Positions 39,764-49,102 are shown, numbered from the stretch's first letter. The stretch: 64,000 nucleotides of DNA from an uncultured Bacteroides sp. (GCA_947072895.1 CAMTKT010000004.1:13090-77089), one strand, 5' to 3'. Notes: generated by a model not told the origin, from the sequence alone. Translations and numbers: made by a program.

Positions 39764-40129
39764 ATGTATTTATTACTTATTGGATTAATTGTGCTTGCAG
39801 CTCTTTTGATGTGCTTTGTCGTACTGATTCAGAACTCAAAAGGTGGTGGATTGGCTTCTAGTTTTGCTTCTTCAAATCAAATTATGGGTGTTCGCAAGAC
39901 TACAGATTTTATTGAGAAATTAACATGGGGATTGGCTGTTTTCATGGTGGCATGCAGTGTGCTTACCGCTTATTTCATTCCTGTCGCTCATACAGATTCT
40001 TCTATCATCATGGAAGAAGCGGTGAAAGAAGGAGCTACTAATCCTTTGAATGCCCCTTCAGGTTTTGCAGCTCCGCAGACAAATGATGATGCAGCAGAAG
40101 TTTCTGTTCCCAGTGATTCGGCACAGTAA
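39764..40129 (+). CDS. secG: preprotein translocase subunit SecG
   Basis: Two-TM protein; ...VLIQNSKGGGLASSF is the SecG signature. Confidence 0.88.
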   Translation: MYLLLIGLIVLAALLMCFVVLIQNSKGGGLASSFASSNQIMGVRKTTDFIEKLTWGLAVFMVACSVLTAYFIPVAHTDSSIIMEEAVKEGATNPLNAPSGFAAPQTNDDAAEVSVPSDSAQ

Positions 40130-40164
40130 CTATAGAGGAAATATTTTCCTTAATTAATAAGGAT

Positions 40165-40204
40165 AAGCGTTCTGTTTCATAAGCAAAGCAGAACGCTTTT
40201 TTTG
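40165..40204 (+). terminator. intrinsic terminator after secG
   Basis: AAGCGTTCTG/CAGAACGCTT stem followed by a T7 run. Confidence 0.8.
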
Positions 40205-40431
40205 TTCTGGAATGTTCTCTTCGATAAATTGACGGGGAAAAGTATATTTTGGTTGGAAGTTAACTTTTTGAATACTATTTTAGCCATTACTATTAAGTTT
40301 GTTTGTTGCAACGGGAAGATAATACTTTTTACCGAAATAAATAATAGTAAAAAGGGCTATCCGACTTTTTGGACAGCCCCTTATTTACGGTTTAAAAGTA
40401 AAAGAAGTGAAATTTGTCTGTTTCTTATTTT

Positions 40432-40947
40432 TTAGAACCTGTATCCATAGCCTAGCATGATTGACGCATTGTCGTCTTTGGCAAACATGAACTTGGCTTC
40501 AGCATTCAGATAGCTGCGTTGGGAAATGGGTAATGTGATACCTCCTCCCAGGTTGAAAGCGAATTTGGTAGAGTTGCTTCGGTCTATTTCCACTTCTTTA
40601 CCGTTTGTTTCCACACTCTTTTTTCCGTAGAAATTGTTTTGCATACCGATGCCTGCAAGGGGATAGACAGAAAATCCCTGCCCGTCTTCCTTGAAATTGA
40701 ATACATAATGGAAATTCACATTTACATCCAAGCCGGTAATTTTGTCTTTAGGAAAGTAGAAAGTTACATCTGGGGCAATCCGCAGATTATTCGCTATCGC
40801 ATAGCGTCCTTGTACTCCCAGACCGAATCTTTCATAATTGGTTTGGTAACCGACATTTCCCATCAAGGAGCCTTCTCCTTTAACTGTTTGGGCATTCATA
40901 CCCACTGATGCTAGTGCAATCATAGCCAGTAAAATTAATTTTTTCAT
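40432..40947 (-). CDS. small outer-membrane beta-barrel protein (OmpW/porin-like)
   Basis: 171 aa with a signal peptide, alternating beta pattern and C-terminal ...MLGYGYRF. Confidence 0.75.
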   Translation of the reverse strand: MKKLILLAMIALASVGMNAQTVKGEGSLMGNVGYQTNYERFGLGVQGRYAIANNLRIAPDVTFYFPKDKITGLDVNVNFHYVFNFKEDGQGFSVYPLAGIGMQNNFYGKKSVETNGKEVEIDRSNSTKFAFNLGGGITLPISQRSYLNAEAKFMFAKDDNASIMLGYGYRF

Positions 40948-41491
40948 AATTAAGGCATTTAGTTAATAAAATGTTTTTTTTAAAGAAGGGTAAACCTCTT
41001 TTGAAGTAAACAACAAATGTTCGGTTACATTTGTTTGCTTATATATGGTTACATGTGTATGGAATGTTTGTACTAATAGGAGCATTCTTTTTTAAATTTT
41101 CATAAAGTAAAAAATGATGTTAATTCTGTTTTCATGTCTTGAACCATTTTTTTTAATGCTTTGTTTTTCAGTATATGACAGGGGGTAAAGTTGGTTGTAT
41201 GCCGAATTTCCAGTCTATGAAAAATGGGTTATATGGTGTTCGGATTGTTGTAACTGATTGAAACCGCATTGTTTTGAGATAGTAAAATATCAGGATTGTT
41301 TCATTATTAAAATTTATAGCCATGAAAAGTCTAAGTTTTGATTTGCGGGCCAGACTGATAGTCAGTTCTGTTATCAGGGCAATAGCTTGTTTATTTTCAA
41401 GTACCCCCGGACAGATAAAGTGATGATATATCAATCTATATAGTTTACATGTAAATTCTAAACTGAGTGTATAATTTAAAAAAATCAGCCT

Positions 41492-41749
41492 ATGTATTTT
41501 CTATGGTACATTATTATCGGAATTCTTGCCGGATTCGTTGCCGGCAAATTCATGCGGGGCGGCGGATTTGGCCTGTTTACTAATCTGCTGGTAGGTGTTG
41601 TTGGCGGTGTTTTGGGTGGATGGGTATTTGGTCTGCTGGGAATAGCAACGACAGGTTTATTGGGCAGTCTGATTACTTCGATTGTAGGAGCTGTCGTTTT
41701 GTTGTGGATTGTTTCATTGTTTAATAACAAAAAGAGAATTGAATTTTGA
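41492..41749 (+). CDS. GlsB/YeaQ/YmgE-family stress membrane protein
   Basis: 85 aa; IIIGILAGFVAGKFMRGGGFG...GVVGGVLGGWVFG glycine-zipper TM repeats. Confidence 0.85.
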   Translation: MYFLWYIIIGILAGFVAGKFMRGGGFGLFTNLLVGVVGGVLGGWVFGLLGIATTGLLGSLITSIVGAVVLLWIVSLFNNKKRIEF

Positions 41750-41779
41750 TTATTTTAACCTTTTAAAAACAACTTAATT

Positions 41780-42076
41780 ATGGAAAATAGAAATTCTAAC
41801 TTATGGATCGGTCTGGGAATAGGTTCGGTCATCGGTGCTTTTGCTTACCGTTTTTCACGTACTTCAAAAGCTAGGAAACTGAAGGAAAAAATATGTGACA
41901 CATTTCATAAGATAACCGGCCAGGCGGAAGACATGTTCGATGAAGCCAAAGAAAAAGCGATGGATGCTGGAAAGAATGTAGCGGACAAGGTGGCCGACAA
42001 GGCATTCGGCTTTGCTGAGAAAACAGACGATTTTAAGAACAAAATGCATACAATGGCTTCCGAAGCAAAGAAATAA
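41780..42076 (+). CDS. YtxH-like protein
   Basis: 98 aa; N-terminal TM (LWIGLGIGSVIGAFAY), then a Lys/Asp/Ala-rich amphipathic region. Confidence 0.7.
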   Translation: MENRNSNLWIGLGIGSVIGAFAYRFSRTSKARKLKEKICDTFHKITGQAEDMFDEAKEKAMDAGKNVADKVADKAFGFAEKTDDFKNKMHTMASEAKK

Positions 42077-42112
42077 ACCGGAATAGATAACTTGCTGATA
42101 ATTCATACGCTT

Positions 42113-42415
42113 ATGAAATGGGAGGAACATTTGAAACATCAATTGCCGGACAATGGCAGATGGGAAAATTATGAGCAACTGTACCGGATGTGCTTGTTGG
42201 CATACGCTGAAGGCTGTAACGAAGAAAAAAAGAAAGCTCTTGAGGCATACAGGCTTCGTTGTGGCAGACTATTTGGAAACAGGTGCATGCCGTCTGCCGG
42301 CAGCAGGGCGGGTCAAAAAAAGATATGTGATGCGGACTGTTCCTACATAAAGAAGTATGAATTTGAATTGTATAAACTAGGAGGGTGTGTGGAAGACTCA
42401 CCTGAATTAACCTGA
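42113..42415 (+). CDS. hypothetical Cys-rich 100-aa protein (coding status uncertain)
   Basis: ATG at 42113 (the track start at 42092 is TTG). Seven Cys residues. The region is also open on the opposite strand and in another plus-strand frame, so this could be non-coding. Confidence 0.3.
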   Translation: MKWEEHLKHQLPDNGRWENYEQLYRMCLLAYAEGCNEEKKKALEAYRLRCGRLFGNRCMPSAGSRAGQKKICDADCSYIKKYEFELYKLGGCVEDSPELT

Positions 42416-42441
42416 ATTATTGACTTAAAATTGAAAAGATT

Positions 42442-43371
42442 ATGTTTTATCATGTGAAAGATTTGCAGTTCAACGCCAGGGTTTCACAACCCGATCCGCG
42501 TTTTGCACGTGTGATGCTTGAGGCATTCGGTGGTGCGAATGGAGAATTGAAATCTGCCTTGCAATATTTTGTGCAGGCTTTCAGTTGTCATAATCCATTT
42601 CCTGATAAATATGACATGTTGATGGATATTGCTACTGAAGAATTCGGACATCTGGAAATTGTAGGAGCCACGATTCAAATGCTTTTGGGACCGGTGAATG
42701 GAGAAATGAAGAACGTGCTTGAAGATACGCCACTCCGCACGATGATGAGCGGTAAGTCTGCTAAAGAGGATCTGATTCATCAGGCATTCACCAATCCACA
42801 ATTTTTGGTAGGTGCTCCCGGAAGTCCGGCTTTGACAGACTGTAATGGAAATCCCTGGTGTGCCACCTATGTATCTGCTACGGCAGAATTGACGGTGGAT
42901 CTCCGTTCCAACATGGCAGGAGAGGCACGTGCCAAAATAGGTTATGAGAATCTTCTCCAGTTGACTGACGATCCTTTAGTAAAGGAAACACTTGGTTTCC
43001 TTATGGCTCGTGAAGTGACACATTACCAGCAGTTTGAGGCTGCTTTGGAAACAATTCAGCCTAATTTCCCACCGGGAGTCTTTCAAACATCTCCCAAATA
43101 CAGCAATTTATATTTCGATCTGTCGAAGGGCGATGACGCTCGTGGACCTTGGAATGAAGGAGAGAGTACGCAGTTGAAGGAACAGTGGCAATATATGGAA
43201 AAGCCACTTGAAGAAGTGAGAAGTACAGACGGATTGCTGGATAGAAAACCGAAAGGTACCGACCGGACGGAAAAAGAGATTGCCGAAAAAGAAGCTCAGT
43301 TGTCTAAGGAGCGTAGCGGGCAGGTGCTCGCGGCTACTCCCAAGAAGGAGATGTCTTGGTGCAAGTATTAG
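42442..43371 (+). CDS. manganese catalase family protein
   Basis: 309 aa; MFYHVKDLQF..., GGANGELKSALQYF, EEFGHLEIVG and AREVTHYQQF di-Mn ligand motifs. Confidence 0.92.
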   Translation: MFYHVKDLQFNARVSQPDPRFARVMLEAFGGANGELKSALQYFVQAFSCHNPFPDKYDMLMDIATEEFGHLEIVGATIQMLLGPVNGEMKNVLEDTPLRTMMSGKSAKEDLIHQAFTNPQFLVGAPGSPALTDCNGNPWCATYVSATAELTVDLRSNMAGEARAKIGYENLLQLTDDPLVKETLGFLMAREVTHYQQFEAALETIQPNFPPGVFQTSPKYSNLYFDLSKGDDARGPWNEGESTQLKEQWQYMEKPLEEVRSTDGLLDRKPKGTDRTEKEIAEKEAQLSKERSGQVLAATPKKEMSWCKY

Positions 43372-43432
43372 TGATTTGAAAAGAACATCGGTTTAAAGCC
43401 GTTGTAATTATTAACCATAAACCATTTGAATT

Positions 43433-43543
43433 ATGACTAAGAAAACAGAAAAGAAACAGGAAGAGGCAAAGGGCACGAAGAAGAGTGCCCAGGCCCAAGA
43501 ATGTAAGTCTTCTGCCTCATGTAAGAAAGCAGAGAAGAAGTAA
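43433..43543 (+). CDS. 36-aa Lys-rich micro-ORF
   Basis: MTKKTEKKQEEAKGTKKSAQAQECKSSASCKKAEKK. Not in the track. It lies 61 nt after the catalase stop and is followed by a strong terminator. Confidence 0.35.
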   Translation: MTKKTEKKQEEAKGTKKSAQAQECKSSASCKKAEKK

Positions 43544-43569
43544 GAGTTTGGAACCTTGAAATTTGTATG

Positions 43570-43604
43570 GACTGTCCGGGAATCCGGTTTCCGGACAGTC
43601 TTTT
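43570..43604 (+). terminator. intrinsic terminator after the Mn catalase/micro-ORF unit
   Basis: 10-bp stem GACTGTCCGG/CCGGACAGTC followed by TTTT. Confidence 0.8.
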
Positions 43605-43619
43605 AATCATTAAAATAGT

Positions 43620-43916
43620 ATGGATATGAAAAAAATATTGTTAGCAGTTTTTGTATTGACGTTTGTAGTCTCCTTCACATCTTGTCGTGACAAAAGAGAA
43701 CAGGACCGGGCAAAGTACCAAGTGGAAAAAGTGAAAAAAGACATCAATGATGTCGCAGACAAGATTTCCGATAAGGTGGAAGACGGTGCTGATGCTGTAA
43801 AGGATGCATGGAAAGATACAGAAAAGGAGGTCAAACAAGGAGCGGAGAAGGCTCAGAAGGAAATAAAGAAAGGATATAATGAAGTTAAAAAGGAAGCAAG
43901 TAAAAAGCTTGACTGA
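43620..43916 (+). CDS. small lipoprotein with Lys/Asp/Glu-rich helical region
   Basis: 98 aa; signal ...VVSFTSC, then KDINDVADKISDKVEDGADAVKDAWKDTEKEVKQG (YtxH/LEA-like composition). Confidence 0.7.
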   Translation: MDMKKILLAVFVLTFVVSFTSCRDKREQDRAKYQVEKVKKDINDVADKISDKVEDGADAVKDAWKDTEKEVKQGAEKAQKEIKKGYNEVKKEASKKLD

Positions 43917-43967
43917 TTTTTGTAATTTATTATTTTGTTAGTAGTAAACCTTACATGTGAATAAATT

Positions 43968-44174
43968 ATGGTTGGATTCGTAATATGGATTGTTGGATTG
44001 GTGCTGACTATCAGAGCTGCTTTGGAAATATGGCGCATTCATGCGCCGGCAGAGAGGAAACTGATAGCCATCGTATTGGTGGTTTTCACTAGTTGGGTAG
44101 GATTGCTGTTTTATTATTTTTATGGTAAGCCTCGTATGGCACAGTGGTTGGGAACAGGTATTGAAAGGTATTGA
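43968..44174 (+). CDS. PLDc_N-type small membrane protein
   Basis: 68 aa, two TM; ...LEIWRIHAPAERKLIAIVLVVFTSWVGLLFYYFYGKP matches the PLD-nuclease N-terminal domain family pattern. Confidence 0.7.
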   Translation: MVGFVIWIVGLVLTIRAALEIWRIHAPAERKLIAIVLVVFTSWVGLLFYYFYGKPRMAQWLGTGIERY

Positions 44175-44329
44175 TGGTTGCATAGCTGTTTATATTGTAT
44201 AATGGTATCCCGATACAAAGGAATGAGGTGTCAAAATGTTGGTACAATCTTTTTATGCACAAAGCCCAGACTTTTTCAAGCCTAGGCTTTGTTATTACCC
44301 AAAGTTTTCGTTATGGAAAAGTTCATTTT

Positions 44330-44461
44330 CGTTCTTACATTCTCAATCAAACCGTTCTTTTTCCACAAAGAATCGATGAAAACATAACTGTGGACACCCC
44401 GGTTTGCATCGTGTGTATAAGGCTGGAGGGGATGTGTTTAGACAAATGTGTGCTAAACTGA
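44330..44461 (+). pseudogene. possible remnant of an IS1182/IS5-type transposase N-terminus
   Basis: RSYILNQTVLFPQRIDENITVDTPVCIVCIRLEGMCLD resembles the R-S-Q-x-x-LFP-x-SLD-x-x-I-x-x-DNPVR-x-ID N-terminal motif. No transposase body follows. Confidence 0.3.
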
Positions 44462-44515
44462 TAAAAGAAAGAGGCTCATTACATTGCCAAATGGATAAAT
44501 AGCAGAATGTAAAAC

Positions 44516-44561
44516 ATAAAAAAGGTTGTGCCAATCTTTTAGCACAACCTCTTGTTTTTTT
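44516..44561. terminator. bidirectional terminator downstream of rpsP
   Basis: AGGTTGTGC/GCACAACCT stem flanked by an A-run (5') and a T-run (3'). Confidence 0.75.
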
Positions 44562-44575
44562 GAAGTAAAATTGAA

Positions 44576-45118
44576 TTATGCTTCAGCAGTAGCTTCAGTA
44601 GCAGGTACTTCTTCCGCCGGAGTATTAGCGGCTTCTGCTTCAGCCTTGGCGGCAGCTTCAGCAGCTTTCTTTTCAGCTACTTTCTTGGCAATTTCTTCAT
44701 TTACTTTCTTTTCAGCTTCCAAACGGGCTTTTGCTTCAGCTTTCTTTGCTTCGTCCAGTTTAGCCTTCAAAGTAACCAGACCGGATTGTTTGTTGTTCTT
44801 CCAAGCTTCGAATTTAGCTTCAGCTTCAGCTTCTGTAAATGCGCCTTTGGCAACACCGCCCAGCAAGTGTTTTTTCATGTAAACACCTTCTTTTGACAGG
44901 ATGTTACGTACTGTGTCAGTAGGCTGTGCACCGCACATTACCCAATGAAGTGCGCGTTCAAAATTCAAATCTACTGTGGCAGGATTGGTATTAGGGTTAT
45001 AAGTACCAATCTTTTCAGTAAATTTACCATCACGTGGAGCTCTTACGTCTGCGATAACGATTGAATAAAACGCATAGCTTTTGCGTCCGTTTCTTTGCAA
45101 TCTGATTTTAGTTGCCAT
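44576..45118 (-). CDS. rpsP: 30S ribosomal protein S16 (long form with Ala/Lys/Glu-rich tail)
   Basis: [33 protein letters not shown]... followed by a low-complexity extension of about 90 aa. Confidence 0.95.
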   Translation of the reverse strand: MATKIRLQRNGRKSYAFYSIVIADVRAPRDGKFTEKIGTYNPNTNPATVDLNFERALHWVMCGAQPTDTVRNILSKEGVYMKKHLLGGVAKGAFTEAEAEAKFEAWKNNKQSGLVTLKAKLDEAKKAEAKARLEAEKKVNEEIAKKVAEKKAAEAAAKAEAEAANTPAEEVPATEATAEA

Positions 45119-45181
45119 TTCTAAATAATGTTTTTATAATTAATGATTTGAATTAGTGCTAATAACCCGTATTAGCGGGAG

Positions 45182-45189
45182 CAAAGATA
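45182..45189 (-). promoter_or_regulatory. Bacteroides -7 box TAtcTTTG (minus strand) for rpsP
   Basis: CAAAGATA on the plus strand, 64 nt upstream of the ATG at 45118. Confidence 0.5.
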
Positions 45190-45283
45190 AGACTTTTCTT
45201 TTGAACCACAAAGATTTGAATGAGATAAAGTATAATTTTTATGAAAATATGAACAGACATAGTGGTAGTTGCTAGAAAAATTA

Positions 45284-45291
45284 TATATTTG
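45284..45291 (+). promoter_or_regulatory. Bacteroides -7 box TAtaTTTG for ferritin
   Basis: Exact match 34 nt upstream of the ATG at 45325. Confidence 0.5.
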
Positions 45292-45324
45292 CAACAGTTA
45301 CAATTTAACTAAAACAAAAGAATT

Positions 45325-45807
45325 ATGATTTCACAAAAATTACAAGACGCAATTAATGCTCAGATTGTAGCCGAAATGTGGTCGGCCAATCTTTATCTTT
45401 CCATGTCTTATTTCTTCGCTGCGAAAGGCTATGAAGGTTTTGCTTCATGGATGAAAGCGCAGGCTCATGAGGAGAATGATCACGCTGATATGTTGGCGCA
45501 ATATGTGATGAAACGTGGCGGACAAGCCAAGGTGGGGGCTGTGGATGCTGTTCCTCAGGAATGGGCTTCTCCGCTGGATGTGTTCGAGCATGTATACAAG
45601 CATGAATGCCATGTTTCCGAATTGATTGATAAATTGGTAGATGTTGCTTCTGCTGAAAAGGACAAGGCTTCTCAGGATTTCTTGTGGGGATTTGTACGCG
45701 AGCAGGTGGAAGAGGAAGCTACTGCTCAAGGTATTTTGGACAAGATCAAGCTGGGTGGTGACGTGGCTTTGTACCATTTGGATATTCAGCTTGGTGCAAG
45801 AAAATAA
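45325..45807 (+). CDS. ftnA: ferritin
   Basis: 160 aa; ...NAQIVAEMWSANLYLSMSYFF...QAHEENDHA ferroxidase-centre motifs. Confidence 0.92.
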   Translation: MISQKLQDAINAQIVAEMWSANLYLSMSYFFAAKGYEGFASWMKAQAHEENDHADMLAQYVMKRGGQAKVGAVDAVPQEWASPLDVFEHVYKHECHVSELIDKLVDVASAEKDKASQDFLWGFVREQVEEEATAQGILDKIKLGGDVALYHLDIQLGARK

Positions 45808-46278
45808 GCGATAAAAGAAACGAATGCCTGTCTTTTATCTTCTGCAGATAAAGATGCAGGTGTTTATCGGAAATAGAAAGTGTGTCAAAACTCAGTTTTT
45901 GAAAATATGAACTTATAATCTGAAATTTGGGCATCTTAAAAGACTAAAGAAAGGGTCGTATCATTACTCTATACAGAGCTTGATTCGACCCTTTTAAGTG
46001 TTATAATTACTATCTGTAACTTTTTTGGAACAGTTATTTTAGCCTTGACACATTTCCTTGCTTTTTTACCGTATTTCTTTCAGCCATTTTTCTAATTCTC
46101 CTGTCCATTGGCGCTTATAGGTGAAGCCGTCACGGAAGCCCCAGCCGTATAGGATAGGTGTGTAAGGAAACGGGAACTTTATTCTTTATTAGCGCCAAGT
46201 AATAGTTCACACTGTTACTGACGGGTACAGCTCTGGCGTCACCTTTCAAAGGTTGATGTTCCCTCTTCAAAAAAAAGG

Positions 46279-48270
46279 TTATTTTTTCTTGATATGCATA
46301 CTAGCTTTGACCAGCCATATAATCAGGAGGATATAGGCGGCTATTGACAGCACTTCGCTCAATGGGTTACTCAACCATTCTTCATTGATCAGATTGATAC
46401 CGCCAAAGCGCATGGCGGCACTGACAACCCCCATCAATGCGCCTCCGGCTATGAATCCGGATGCCAGCAAAGTTCCCTTCTCCCCACGTTCGGCGTTCAC
46501 AGCCTCGTCTTTGCTACGGGTTGTGACATACCAGCTCACCGCTCCGCCTACCAGCAACGGCAGGTTTAATTCCAGTGGAATGAACATACCCAGCGCAAAA
46601 GCCAGTGCGGGTACTTTGAAGTAGGTCAGCACCAATGCCAGTACGGCACCTATTTCGTAAAGCAGCCAAGGAGCACCTACACCGTTCATCAACGGGTCTA
46701 TTACGGCTGCCATCGCGTTGGCCTGCGGAGCTGCCAATGCGCCGGTGGAGAAACCGTAGGTCTTGTTCAGGATCATGATGACGCCGCCCACTGTTGCTGC
46801 CGATACCAGTGTACCGAGGAATTTCCATGCTTCCTGTTTGGCAGGAGTACTTCCCAGCCAGTAACCTATTTTCAAGTCTGTGATGAACCCGCCTGCCATG
46901 GAGAGTGCCGTACAAACCACACCACCCATAACCAGTGCGGCAACCATGCCGGTAGCACCTTTCAGCCCTACGGCAACCATCACTACTGAGGCAAGTATCA
47001 GTGTCATCAGTGTCATTCCCGATACCGGGTTGGTACCGACTATGGCGATAGCGTTGGCTGCTACGGTGGTAAACAGGAATGCAATGCCGGCTACGAGCAG
47101 GATGGCTACAATGCTATGTAATACATTTCCATGCATCACATCAAAAAAGAAGAACAGTAAGATCAGTAGGATAGTGAAGATGGATCCGAAGGCGATCACT
47201 TTCATGGAAAGGTCTTTCTGCGTGCGGATGACGTTTGTTTCCACTTTCTTGCCGCCCATCTCTTTGGCGGCCAGTCCCACAGCACTTTTTATAATGCCCC
47301 ATGAGCGCACGATACCGATCACACCGGCCATGGCGATACCACCGATACCGATACTTTTGGCATATTCCTTGAATATAAGTTCGGGTGACATTTCGCTGAT
47401 GGTTTGTGTCAAGGCCGGATTCCATGCATTCAGCACTTGATCGCCGAATAACAGGGCCATGCCCGGAACAATTACCAGCCATACCACCAATGAACCGGCA
47501 CAAATGATAGCTGCGTATTTCAAGCCGACAATATAGCCTAAGCCTAATACTGCTGCACCGGTGTTTATTTTTATCACCAGTTTGGCTTTTTCGGCAACCA
47601 TCTCACCCCAGCCGCATACGCGGGTGGTGAAGTTTTCATTCCACCAACCGAATGTGGCTACAATGAAATCGTACAGACCTCCTATTAGTCCTGCAAAAAG
47701 CAACGGCTTTGCCTGGCTTCCGCCTTTTTCGCCGGAAACAAGCACTTGCGTACTGGCAGTGGCTTCGGGGAAGGGATATTCGCCATGTTTGTCGCTGACG
47801 AAATATTTACGGAAGGGGATGAGGAACAGGATTCCCAGAATACCTCCCAGCAGTGAGCTGACAAACATCTGAAAGAAATTGACTGTCATTTCGGGGTATT
47901 TATCCTGCAATATATAAAGGGCGGGCAATGTGAAGATGGCTCCTGCCACTATGACTCCCGAACAGGCACCGATGGATTGGATGATGACATTCTCACCTAA
48001 CGCATTTTTACGCTTGGCGGCTCCCGATACACCTACGGCGATGATGGCGATAGGGATGGCGGCTTCAAAAACCTGTCCAACCTTTAAGCCCAAGTAAGCT
48101 GCGGCCGCCGAGAATAATACCGCCATGGCGATACCCCATAACACAGACCATAGGTTTACTTCGGGATATTTTTTGTTTGGTGACATGATGGGGTGATATT
48201 GTTCCCCCGGTTTCAGAGGTCGGAATGCGTTATCGGGCAATCCAACCGATTTTTCTTCTTCTTGTTTCAT
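46279..48270 (-). CDS. OPT-family oligopeptide transporter
   Basis: 663 aa, highly polytopic, Gly/Ala-rich TM segments; size and sequence are typical of bacterial OPT proteins. Confidence 0.85.
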   Translation of the reverse strand: MKQEEEKSVGLPDNAFRPLKPGEQYHPIMSPNKKYPEVNLWSVLWGIAMAVLFSAAAAYLGLKVGQVFEAAIPIAIIAVGVSGAAKRKNALGENVIIQSIGACSGVIVAGAIFTLPALYILQDKYPEMTVNFFQMFVSSLLGGILGILFLIPFRKYFVSDKHGEYPFPEATASTQVLVSGEKGGSQAKPLLFAGLIGGLYDFIVATFGWWNENFTTRVCGWGEMVAEKAKLVIKINTGAAVLGLGYIVGLKYAAIICAGSLVVWLVIVPGMALLFGDQVLNAWNPALTQTISEMSPELIFKEYAKSIGIGGIAMAGVIGIVRSWGIIKSAVGLAAKEMGGKKVETNVIRTQKDLSMKVIAFGSIFTILLILLFFFFDVMHGNVLHSIVAILLVAGIAFLFTTVAANAIAIVGTNPVSGMTLMTLILASVVMVAVGLKGATGMVAALVMGGVVCTALSMAGGFITDLKIGYWLGSTPAKQEAWKFLGTLVSAATVGGVIMILNKTYGFSTGALAAPQANAMAAVIDPLMNGVGAPWLLYEIGAVLALVLTYFKVPALAFALGMFIPLELNLPLLVGGAVSWYVTTRSKDEAVNAERGEKGTLLASGFIAGGALMGVVSAAMRFGGINLINEEWLSNPLSEVLSIAAYILLIIWLVKASMHIKKK

Positions 48271-48355
48271 GTTTCTCTATGTTGTTATTTTTGAAATTTA
48301 TCATAATAAATGCCCAAAAATAGTAAAAAAATAGAGAAACATCCTCATGGTTTGA

Positions 48356-49102
48356 TTAGAATATCTGAAATTTCAATCCAAATGATAGTCTCAGATAGTC
48401 ATCGGGTTTCAAATAACTGTTGTTGGCCGCACTGACAACGTATAAATCGCATGTGCTGATTTCGTAGAATGCGGTGATGCTTTTAGAGAACTTCCGGTAC
48501 TTTTCGGGCACATCGAAACGGACGCGCTGTCCCAGAAAGACATGGGTGCGAATACGGGTGGAAAATCCGTAGTATCCATGGGGATAACGTTCGGGCTCGC
48601 TTGTCCAGAAATCATCGCTGAATACGGTGTTGAAATAGAATCCGGTAGTCAGCGGTTCCAGCGAGAAGTCTTTGCCCAGCCAGATACTCCATGGGATATA
48701 ATTCTGTTTCAAGGTCATGGTTATCTTGAAATGTTTGGATGAGTAGCGGGGGATGAATCCTAAAAGAAGATCGGTTTCCCATTGGCCTCTTTTTCCATAA
48801 TCCCATCCTATGCCCCAGGATAACAGACCCATTCCACCGGCGTACTGTAATTTGGTATGAGTGGGAATCAAAGCTTCCCATGCACGCCTGTAACGGTGTA
48901 CGCGCTTGTCGTATTTATGGTGCCGGTTTGGCATTTGGGTTACAATATCTTCCTCTTGGTTTTGGACAGAAGGAGAGGAGATAAGTATGCTGTCTTTGGA
49001 TAAAATTGAGTGAAGTGCTTTATTTTCTTGTGCTTGTGCTGTAAAGGGCAACAGTGGCCACAGCAGGTTCAGAAAAATCTTTTTAAAATTCAACGGTCTC
49101 AT
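48356..49102 (-). CDS. hypothetical outer-membrane protein
   Basis: Signal peptide (...PFTAQAQ), aromatic-rich beta pattern, C-terminal ...GLKFQIF. Overlaps the upstream metallophosphoesterase stop by 20 nt. Confidence 0.7.
   Translation of the reverse strand: MRPLNFKKIFLNLLWPLLPFTAQAQENKALHSILSKDSILISSPSVQNQEEDIVTQMPNRHHKYDKRVHRYRRAWEALIPTHTKLQYAGGMGLLSWGIGWDYGKRGQWETDLLLGFIPRYSSKHFKITMTLKQNYIPWSIWLGKDFSLEPLTTGFYFNTVFSDDFWTSEPERYPHGYYGFSTRIRTHVFLGQRVRFDVPEKYRKFSKSITAFYEISTCDLYVVSAANNSYLKPDDYLRLSFGLKFQIF

Noticed and set aside
41168-41434. 88-aa minus-strand ORF in the 544-bp gap
   Set aside because: No signal peptide, motif or promoter context. Treated as non-coding, and the gap is reported as a finding instead.
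44576-44880. Low-complexity GCTTCAGC-rich DNA encoding the Ala/Lys/Glu tail of S16, considered as a fusion or repeat expansion
   Set aside because: As far as I know, long S16 proteins with such tails are the normal form in Bacteroidetes, and the repeats are imperfect and in frame.
46060-46270. Minus-strand frames reading …KGDARAVPVSNSVNYYLALIKNK / FPFPYTPILYGWGFRDGFTYKRQWTGELEKWLKEIR*, suggesting a frameshifted gene relic between ferritin and the OPT transporter
   Set aside because: There is no start codon. An internal stop and frameshift would be required, and I cannot assign a family. It is too weak to call a pseudogene without a database search (blastx would decide).
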